Positions 56,779 to 64,000 of a stretch of 64,000 bases of DNA are shown piece by piece; position 1 is the first letter of the stretch; each line of letters opens with the position of its first letter. The notes under the pieces are model-generated. The model saw only the letters and a list, made by a program, of their open reading frames with translations. It searched no databases and was not told the DNA's origin. Source of the DNA: Candidatus Aminicenantes bacterium (GTDB taxonomy: Bacteria; Acidobacteriota; Aminicenantia; Aminicenantales; JAFGBC01); assembly GCA_963702005.1 (NCBI GenBank), contig OY969696.1:256001-320000 (forward strand), written 5' to 3'. Made by a program: the position numbers and the translations under genes.

Positions 56779-57924
56779 ATGAAACGTCTGAGTCGAGACC
56801 CCATCGAGGCCTTAACTCGTTTCAAGGGGGACCCCTTCTGGACGACCTCGTTCTATCTCGACACCGACAAGGGCAAATTCACTAAAAAGGAAATCGGCCT
56901 GGCCTTCAAGAACCTTCTGGCCGAAGGCCGCCTCCGGCTCGAGGCCCTCGCCCTTTCCAAGGACAGGAAAGAGTCGCTCCTCGAGGACCTGGACCGGATC
57001 GCCGCTTTCGGCGCCCAGAGCCTGACGGCCCACGGCCAGCCCGGGCTGGCCGTATTTTCCTGCAACAAGAAAAAATTCTGGGAGGTCCTGGGCCTTCCCC
57101 ACGGCCCCCGCGACCGCCTCCTGTTCGATCAGAATCCCTATGTGCGGCCCTTGGTCGCCATCCTCGATAAGTACCGCCGCTTGTGCGTCTTCCTGGTCAA
57201 CCGGCGCGAAGCCAAGTGGTACGAGGTTTTCATGGAGGAAATCGCGCCGCTCCAGGATCTCACCAGCGACGTCCCGAGCCGGGTCAAGGTCGGCGGCTTC
57301 GAGGGAACCGAGGGCAAGCGGATCGAGCGCCGCCTCGAGGCCCATGTCCTCGACCACCTCAAAAAGTCCGCCCAGCTGACCTTCGACCTGTTCAAGAAGA
57401 ATCGCTTCGACGGGCTCCTGCTGGGCTGTGAGGAAAAATACTGTTCGGAGCTCGAGCCCCTCCTCCACACCTACCTCAAGGAGAGGCTGGCCGGCCGGAT
57501 CAAGGCCAAGCCCGGGGATCCCCCGGCCGAGATCCTCAAGGAAGCCGTCAAGCTCGAGGAGAAGATGGAGCAGAAGTCCGAGGAAGAGACCGTCGGCACG
57601 CTCGTCGCCGAGCTCGAGCGCGGGGGACGGGCCTGCTCGGGCCTCAAGGATACCCTGCGCCACATCAACCAGGGAGACGTCCAGATCCTCGCCGTCAGCC
57701 ATAACTTCTCCAAGAAAGGCCGACTCTGCCCGTCTTGCCGTTTCCTCTACGTCGAAGAGACGATCTGCCCGGTCTGCGACAAGGCGACGACGGCCGTCCT
57801 CGACGTCGTCGACGAGGCCATCGAAGCCGCGGTCGCCAAGAACGCCCAGGTCAAGCAGGTCACGCCGCCCTCCAAGCTCGACCACTACGGCAAGATCGGA
57901 GCCCTATTGAGATATAAAGTCTAA
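56779..57924 (+). CDS. Bacterial aeRF1/Pelota-like protein (baeRF family) with C-terminal Zn ribbon
   Basis: TSFYLD, GLAVF, PYVRPL, DVPSRVKVGGF, G.A.SGL.DTL, CPSC...CPVC, IGALLRY. Confidence 0.85.
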   Translation: MKRLSRDPIEALTRFKGDPFWTTSFYLDTDKGKFTKKEIGLAFKNLLAEGRLRLEALALSKDRKESLLEDLDRIAAFGAQSLTAHGQPGLAVFSCNKKKFWEVLGLPHGPRDRLLFDQNPYVRPLVAILDKYRRLCVFLVNRREAKWYEVFMEEIAPLQDLTSDVPSRVKVGGFEGTEGKRIERRLEAHVLDHLKKSAQLTFDLFKKNRFDGLLLGCEEKYCSELEPLLHTYLKERLAGRIKAKPGDPPAEILKEAVKLEEKMEQKSEEETVGTLVAELERGGRACSGLKDTLRHINQGDVQILAVSHNFSKKGRLCPSCRFLYVEETICPVCDKATTAVLDVVDEAIEAAVAKNAQVKQVTPPSKLDHYGKIGALLRYKV

Positions 57925-58073
57925 AAAGCTCTCGGGAAGATTCTGTTGGGGAATCGATAAAGCCCATTTTTAAATGGATTTTCTTTGACGATCAGGACGC
58001 TGGGGTTCGGGTCGCCCATCTCGTCCCGGGTCCGGAGTCCGGGGACGGGCCGGGAAGAGCCCCCTTTATCAGC

Positions 58074-61000
58074 TTAAGCGGTTTTGCGGCTCTTGTCCCT
58101 GAACGAAATCCTGTTGATGTAGCTGTAGACGACGGGGATGACGAACAGGGTCAGGAAAGTCGTGGCCGTCAGGCCTCCGGTCAGGGAGGTCGCCAGCGGC
58201 GAGCGAAACTCGAACCCCGAGGAGCGGCTGAACATCATGGGGAGCATGCCCAGGACGGTCGTCAGGGCCGTCAGCAGGACCGGCCGGAGCCGAGTCACGG
58301 CGCCCTGAACGATGGCTTCCCGGCCGCCCATCCCTTTCCGCCGGAGCTGGTTGATGTAGTCGATCATGACGATACCATTGTTGACGGCGATCCCGGCCAG
58401 GATGATAACCCCGATGATCGAGGGCAGGCTGAGCGGCTGCCCCATGGCCAACAGAGCCAGGATGACGCCGACAACGCCGAGGGGGATAGTGAACATGATC
58501 ACGAAAGGATGGGAGAACGATTCGAATTGGGAAGCCATGACCATATAGACGAGGAGGACGGCCAGGGCGAAGACTCCGGCCAGGATCAGGAAAGCCTCGG
58601 TCATCTCCTGGTACTGTCCGCCGTATTCCATGAAGTAGCCGGGGGGAAGGTTTCTTTCCGTGCCGGCCAGTCTCTTCTTGATGTCGCGGGTGATGCTGTT
58701 GATGTCCCGCCCGGCCAGGTTGCCCGTCACGGTTACGATGCGGGACTGGTTCTCATGGGCGATCTGGATCGGGCCCTCCCGAGAGTCCACGACCGCCACC
58801 TGGTCCAGGTAAACAATCCTATTTAGCGGAGTTAAGATGGGGATGTTCTTGACGGCCTCGATCGTGCTCCGGTCCTTCTCCTGGAACCGGACGCGGACGT
58901 CGATCTCGTCGCTTCCCTCCCGAAAGCGGGTGGCGACCCGGCCTAATGTTGCTGTCTGGGCCGCCTGTGCAACCTGGCCCGTCATGAGCCCGAGCCGGGA
59001 AGCCTTCTCCCGGTCGATTCTAACTTGGTATTCCGGCTTGCCGGTCGACAGGGTATGGGTGACGTCCCGGAGTCCCTCAACGTCCCTGATCCGGGCGACG
59101 ACCAAGTCGGCCAGCCCTTTGAGGACGTCCAAGTCTTTCCCGAAAATCTTAATACTGACGGGCGCTTGGGCCCCGCCCATCATCATCTGCGAGACGTCGA
59201 CCGCCTCGAACTTGACGTTGGGAAGGTGGGGGAGTCGCCGCCGGATTTTTTCCAGAACTTCGATGTCCGAGAGCTTGCGCGTTTTCTTGGGAACCAATCC
59301 CGTCCAGAGCAATCCCTCGTAGGTACCGCTGTTGCTCATCCCGCCCGCCTGGTCGGAAGGATTCTCCTCGGCGTTCGAACCGGTCTGAGCCGAGACGATC
59401 TTGACTTCGGGTTCGCTGAGCATGATCTTTTCGACCATGGCAACGACGCGGTCCGTTTCGGCCAGGGCCGTTCCGACCGGCATCTTGACCTTGAGCAGAA
59501 TCATATCCCGGTCCTGGGCCGGCATGAATTCCTTCCCCAGGAAGGGAATAAGGGCCAGCGAGAAGAGAAAAACTCCGAAGGAACCGAGCACAACCCATTT
59601 CCTGTTGACGAGAGCGCGGGTCAGGGTCTTGTGATAGTAGGCCTTGACCTTCTCGAACCAAATTTTCTCGCCCGTGACCGTCCACTCGACGCCGCCCTTC
59701 TTTTTCCGGAACAGGACAGACGCCAGAAGCGGGACGATGGTCAGGGCGACAAAAAGAGACGACATCAAGGAGAAGGTGATGGACAGGGCCATCGCCTGGG
59801 TCAGCTTCCCGGTGATCCCCGAAGCGAAAACGAGGGGAAGGAAGACGACCACGGTCGTCAGCGTCGAGGCCGTTATGGCCATGCCGACTTCGGAAGCGCC
59901 CACGATGGCCGCTTGTTCGCAGTCCTTGCCCTCCAGCCTGTGCCGGAACATGTTCTCGATGACGACGATGGCGTTGTCGACAAGCATGCCCACCCCCAAG
60001 GCGAGACCGCCGAGCGTCAGCAGGTTCAGGGTGTAGCCGGCGAAATAGAAAACGATGAAGGTCGTGATGATGGACAGCGGGATGGCCAGCCCGATGATCA
60101 AGGTCGGCCGCCAGTTGGCCAGGAACAGGAAAATGAGAAGAACGGCCAGGATCCCTCCCTGCCAAGCGTTGTTGATCGTGTTCTTGGTCACTTCCAGGAT
60201 CATATCGGACTGGTCCATGGCCGTATGGAACTCGATGCCGGCCGGGAGCATCTTTTGGATGCGCGCCAGCTCGGCTTTGATCCTTCGGCCCACCGTTGCC
60301 GTATTGGCTCCCGAGCGCTTGCTGAGGATGAGATAGATTCCGTTCTTCTGCTGGATGCGGGCCGTGTTCCGGACCTCCTTCAACCCGTCCTTGATAACGG
60401 CAACGTCGCTGAGATAGATAGGATCGCCGGCCGCCGAGGCTCCGATCAGGGTCTCTCCGATGTCATCGAGTGTTTTAAACTCGCCCATGGTCCGTACCAG
60501 GATATCCGAATGCCGTTCGACGAGATTCCCGGCCGGCAGGTTGAGGTTCTCGGCCCGGAGGGCCAGGAGGATCGCTTCCAGGGAGAGGTTGCGGCTCTCC
60601 AGGGCCGCCTTGTCGACGTTGACCAGGATTTCTCGTATGTCGGTCGCGAAAACTTGAGCGGCGGCAACTCCGTCAAGCCGCTCCAGGCGGGGGGCGACGT
60701 CGTCCTCGATAAGCTTCTTGAGCTCGAGCGGCCGCATCGGGCCGGTGATCCCGTAAAAGACGACCGGCAACATGGCCATGTTGAACTTGACGACCAGGGG
60801 ATCGCTCGCTTCTTCGGGAAGGAAGGACCGGTATAGGCCGATCTGGTCCCGGAGGTCCTGGGCCCCGAAATCGAGGTTCGTCCCCCATTCGAACTCGACG
60901 GTGACGACCGAAAGGCTTTCCGAAGTCAGGGAGGTGACCTTCTTGACGCGGCTGACGGAGCTGACCATCTGCTCGAGCGGCTTGGTGATCGTTTTCTCGA

Positions 61001-61175
61001 TGTCTTCGGAGGACGCCCCCTGGTAGGTCGTGATGACCGAGACCGTCGGAAACTCAAGGTCGGGGAAGAAATCGAGCCCGAGGCGCGATAGGGAGATGAA
61101 TCCGACGACGACCAGGATCATGACGATCATGGTCGTCGTGACTTTGCGATGGACGGAGAATTCGGGGAGCTTCAT
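58074..61175 (-). CDS. RND efflux permease (AcrB/SwrC-like)
   Basis: AIPLSII, GVGMLVDNAIVVIEN, ASTLTT.VFLP, SQFES, GIAVNNGIV, RLRPVL.T.LTT. Confidence 0.96.
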   Translation of the reverse strand: MKLPEFSVHRKVTTTMIVMILVVVGFISLSRLGLDFFPDLEFPTVSVITTYQGASSEDIEKTITKPLEQMVSSVSRVKKVTSLTSESLSVVTVEFEWGTNLDFGAQDLRDQIGLYRSFLPEEASDPLVVKFNMAMLPVVFYGITGPMRPLELKKLIEDDVAPRLERLDGVAAAQVFATDIREILVNVDKAALESRNLSLEAILLALRAENLNLPAGNLVERHSDILVRTMGEFKTLDDIGETLIGASAAGDPIYLSDVAVIKDGLKEVRNTARIQQKNGIYLILSKRSGANTATVGRRIKAELARIQKMLPAGIEFHTAMDQSDMILEVTKNTINNAWQGGILAVLLIFLFLANWRPTLIIGLAIPLSIITTFIVFYFAGYTLNLLTLGGLALGVGMLVDNAIVVIENMFRHRLEGKDCEQAAIVGASEVGMAITASTLTTVVVFLPLVFASGITGKLTQAMALSITFSLMSSLFVALTIVPLLASVLFRKKKGGVEWTVTGEKIWFEKVKAYYHKTLTRALVNRKWVVLGSFGVFLFSLALIPFLGKEFMPAQDRDMILLKVKMPVGTALAETDRVVAMVEKIMLSEPEVKIVSAQTGSNAEENPSDQAGGMSNSGTYEGLLWTGLVPKKTRKLSDIEVLEKIRRRLPHLPNVKFEAVDVSQMMMGGAQAPVSIKIFGKDLDVLKGLADLVVARIRDVEGLRDVTHTLSTGKPEYQVRIDREKASRLGLMTGQVAQAAQTATLGRVATRFREGSDEIDVRVRFQEKDRSTIEAVKNIPILTPLNRIVYLDQVAVVDSREGPIQIAHENQSRIVTVTGNLAGRDINSITRDIKKRLAGTERNLPPGYFMEYGGQYQEMTEAFLILAGVFALAVLLVYMVMASQFESFSHPFVIMFTIPLGVVGVILALLAMGQPLSLPSIIGVIILAGIAVNNGIVMIDYINQLRRKGMGGREAIVQGAVTRLRPVLLTALTTVLGMLPMMFSRSSGFEFRSPLATSLTGGLTATTFLTLFVIPVVYSYINRISFRDKSRKTA

Positions 61176-62284
61176 TTCTGGACCTCGCCGTTCGTTTGGA
61201 TCGGAGCCCCGTCTTCGAGGCTGTAGTTGCCCTCGATGATGACCGACTCGCCCTCCTGGAGGCCGCTCAGGATCTCGGCCGATTCGGAGGTCTGGAGGCC
61301 GAGCTTGACCGCCCTCTTGACGGCTTTGCCCCCCTGGGCGACGAACACGAATCCGTCATCGACGATGGCCTTTTGAGGTACGGCCAAGGCGTTCTCCCGG
61401 CTGTCGACTTCGACGGCGACTTCGCCGAACGTCCCGGGACGCAGGGCGAGGTCGGGGTTGTCGGCGGTGACTTCGATGCCGAACTTCTTCGTCAGCGGGT
61501 TGGCCGCCAGGTTGGCGATGGTCACCGTGCCCGGGAAGATCCGTCCCGGGAACGACGTGACGCGGAGCTGGGCCGGCTGGCCCTTACGGATCTTGAGGAC
61601 GGTATCCTGGGAGACGTCGAGGCCGATCTTGACCTTGGAGAAATCGACCAGGGTCAGAACCCCGCTGGTCGGCGAAAAACCGCCCATCATCGGGTTGACG
61701 ACGTCGCCCACTTCCGCGTTTTTGGAGGCGATGACGCCGGCGAAGGGGGCCTTCATGATCGAAATATCGAGGGCGTGGCTGGCCATGTTGACGGCGGCCC
61801 GTGCCTGTTCGAGCTGGGCTTGAGCGGAGTCGAGCCCGAGCGCGACCTGCTCGCGCTGCTGCTCGGAAACCGCGTTCTCCTTGAAGAGCCGATCCAGCCG
61901 TTCCTTGTTTCGGACGGCATCCTTGTGGGCGGCCTCGGCTACGGCCAAACCGGCCTCGGCCTGCTTGAGCTGGAGCCGGAGGGATTCGGTGTCGATTTCG
62001 GCCAGGACCTGGCCCTTGGCGACGCGGTCGCCCTCGTCGACGTAGATCCGGGCGATCTTGCCGCCCAGGTCGGGAGTGATCGTAATTTTCTGCCAGGCTT
62101 CGATCGTTCCCGTCGCGCTGATCGTCTGGGCCAACCGTTGCCGCGTTACGCTAAGGACCCTAACCGGCGCCGCGCCGAAGGCGTCGCTGCCGGTTTCGCT
62201 CGTTTTCTGGGGGGGCTTGCAGGCGACGAGGAGCGCCGCCAAGGACAACGCCAGCCAAACCTTGTGAATGCGCACGTTTGTCAT
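61172..62284 (-). CDS. RND periplasmic adaptor (MFP) lipoprotein
   Basis: Start MTNV after AGGAGG; lipobox LVAC; VDEGDRVAKGQVLA, APFAG, LRPG.F, VPQKAI. Confidence 0.93.
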   Translation of the reverse strand: MTNVRIHKVWLALSLAALLVACKPPQKTSETGSDAFGAAPVRVLSVTRQRLAQTISATGTIEAWQKITITPDLGGKIARIYVDEGDRVAKGQVLAEIDTESLRLQLKQAEAGLAVAEAAHKDAVRNKERLDRLFKENAVSEQQREQVALGLDSAQAQLEQARAAVNMASHALDISIMKAPFAGVIASKNAEVGDVVNPMMGGFSPTSGVLTLVDFSKVKIGLDVSQDTVLKIRKGQPAQLRVTSFPGRIFPGTVTIANLAANPLTKKFGIEVTADNPDLALRPGTFGEVAVEVDSRENALAVPQKAIVDDGFVFVAQGGKAVKRAVKLGLQTSESAEILSGLQEGESVIIEGNYSLEDGAPIQTNGEVQK

Positions 62285-62301
62285 CTCAGTCCTCCTAGTG
62301 T

Positions 62302-63648
62302 CTAGTCCGTCTCGCCGGTTTGATATCCATCCGATCCCTTGGCCTTGTCCAGCTGGGCCAAGGATACGACATAGTCGTACTGAGCCTGGGCATAGTTCGT
62401 CCGGGCTTGGGCCAGGGCGACCTGGGCGGAGCTCACGTCGAGGCTGGTGGCCAGCCCTTCGGAAAAATTCAGCTCCGCGATCCGGACGCTCTCTTGAGCC
62501 TGCTCGACGTTCTTTTCTTGGGAGAGGAGCGATTCCTTGGCCTGCTGGAAGTTGAGCAGGGCTTCCTGGACCTCGTACTTGACCATCTCGGCAAGACCTT
62601 TCCGGTTCCACTCGAGCTCCTTGAGGAGGGCCTTGGACTGGCCGACCTGGGCCTGGACCGAGAATCCGTTGAAGATCGGGACGGTCAGGACCAAGTTGAT
62701 GGAATAATAGCTCTGCCAAGTTCCTCTCCGAAAGCTGAACTGGTCGGCCCAGAAGTTGTAGTTCCCCCCGATGGCCAGGATCGGAAGGGCGGAGGCGCGG
62801 GCCATCTTGACCATCTCCCCGGCCATCCGGCTTTGAAATTGGAGTTGAGCGAGCTCGGGCCGGGCCGCCAAGGCCTGGGCTTCGCTCGCCGCGGCGTCGC
62901 ATTCGACGGCCTGGGCGGTGAGCTCCCCGCGGATCTCGACCGATCGAGCCAAGTCCAAGCCGAGCAAAGTTTTCAGGCCGAGCTCGGACGCCCGGAGACC
63001 GTTTCGGGCCCGGATGAGCTGCGGCTTGAGGTTGGCGACCTGGACTTCGGACCGGAGGAGATCGAATTTGGAGGCCATCCCGACATCGTAGAGGTTCTTG
63101 ACGTTGGCGTAGTGCTTGTCGGCCAGGGCGACGGCCTCTTCGGAGACCGCGACGAACTTCGTGGCCAGCAGGTATCCGTAGAAGGCCTTCTTGACGTTGA
63201 AAATGGTGTCCTGCCGGGATTGCTTGACCGCTTCCTGGGCCGCATCCAGGTTATAGCGGGCCTGCTTGAATCCCGACACGAGCCGTCCGCCCGTGAACAG
63301 GGGGAGCGCGAAGGACAGGCTGAACTGGTAATCTTTGGTGAAGTCGACGGAGATGCGCTGGGCCGGCTGTCCGGGGATGAAGGACGGGAACTCGAGGACG
63401 AAGAGTTTCTCATCCAGGGTGTAGAGTCCCTGCCCGTTCAGGGTGGGGAAGAAGCCGGCGGCCGCCTCGTTGACGAGGGACCTGGCCGCCTGGACCTTCT
63501 GCTGGGAGGCCTGATGGAAGGGATTCTGGGCCAAGGCCAGTCGGACGCTGTCCTCGAGGGTGAGGACGAGCGTCTCCTGGGCCGAAACGGCGCCGGCCAG
63601 GCCGGCCAGGAAAACGAGGCAAACCGCGAATCGTGATGGTCTCATCAT
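62302..63648 (-). CDS. TolC family outer membrane efflux protein
   Basis: LTLEDSVRLALAQN, PLFTGG, RPEL, VPIFNG, EGLATSLDV. Confidence 0.93.
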   Translation of the reverse strand: MMRPSRFAVCLVFLAGLAGAVSAQETLVLTLEDSVRLALAQNPFHQASQQKVQAARSLVNEAAAGFFPTLNGQGLYTLDEKLFVLEFPSFIPGQPAQRISVDFTKDYQFSLSFALPLFTGGRLVSGFKQARYNLDAAQEAVKQSRQDTIFNVKKAFYGYLLATKFVAVSEEAVALADKHYANVKNLYDVGMASKFDLLRSEVQVANLKPQLIRARNGLRASELGLKTLLGLDLARSVEIRGELTAQAVECDAAASEAQALAARPELAQLQFQSRMAGEMVKMARASALPILAIGGNYNFWADQFSFRRGTWQSYYSINLVLTVPIFNGFSVQAQVGQSKALLKELEWNRKGLAEMVKYEVQEALLNFQQAKESLLSQEKNVEQAQESVRIAELNFSEGLATSLDVSSAQVALAQARTNYAQAQYDYVVSLAQLDKAKGSDGYQTGETD

Positions 63649-64000
63649 CGTGACGCTCCTTTGGGGGGTTCGGGTTTCCTTTCGATCCCGCGCAGGACGA
63701 ACCCGGCGATCGTTTCCGTCAGATCGTCGATCGACAGATCTTTTTCGAACAAGACCCGGTTGTGGATGAACCCCTGGAGGACGGCCTCCAGGAACTGGAC
63801 GGCGGCCGGGACGTCCAGATCGCGGAATTCTCCGCTCTCCACGCCCAGCCCGATGAGCCGAATCCCGGTGTCCATGACGTCCTGGCGCCGGGTTTTCAAC
63901 ATCTGGAGAAAGCGGCGGCCTGAGGCCGATCGGGCCCGGGCTTCTTCGTCGACGAAGACGCGCATGAGCTTGAGGACGGATGGATCCATCAGGATGACCC
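63645..64000 (-). CDS. TetR-family regulator, C-terminal part (runs off window end)
   Basis: GVESGEFRDLD motif; overlaps the tolC start at the head of the RND operon. Confidence 0.7.
   Translation of the reverse strand, partial: VILMDPSVLKLMRVFVDEEARARSASGRRFLQMLKTRRQDVMDTGIRLIGLGVESGEFRDLDVPAAVQFLEAVLQGFIHNRVLFEKDLSIDDLTETIAGFVLRGIERKPEPPKGASR

Overview
GC-rich bacterial chromosomal window. The gene content (GWxTD lipoprotein, CarboxypepD-TonB receptor, SBBP protein, 'SWKEIA' HTH membrane protein, ECF sigma/HEAT anti-sigma/DUF4097 module) suggests Acidobacteriota, possibly Aminicenantia; this is an inference. Most of the window is housekeeping, envelope and carbohydrate genes: GH116, GH36, pit, purM, sqr-tusE, menC-like/GNAT, glycosyltransferases, tsaD-mtnA-lepA, tatA, an RND pump, tRNA-Ala(CGC) and tRNA-Leu(CAG). 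Four things stand out. (1) An unannotated ~250-nt rod-shaped structured element at 11600-11847; its tandem-G.A core recurs at 6518-6584 inside a closing stem of different sequence. (2) A low-GC defence-type island at ~39.5-45.9 kb: an AbiE toxin-antitoxin pair with a perfect palindromic operator, an AIPR gene broken by one TGA, a class III nucleotide-cyclase-like gene split by an IS481-like element (6-bp TSD; the gene rejoins in frame), and a 13-Cys protein. (3) Two tandem families of unknown secreted proteins carrying three separate deletion scars. (4) A membrane-anchored Xis/MerR-type HTH protein preceded by four repeats at 10-bp period. Smaller points are an apparent ATT start codon on tusE, several leaderless-type promoters, and an ECF-type promoter motif shared by two loci. 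Everything was read by eye; no searches or folding programs were run.
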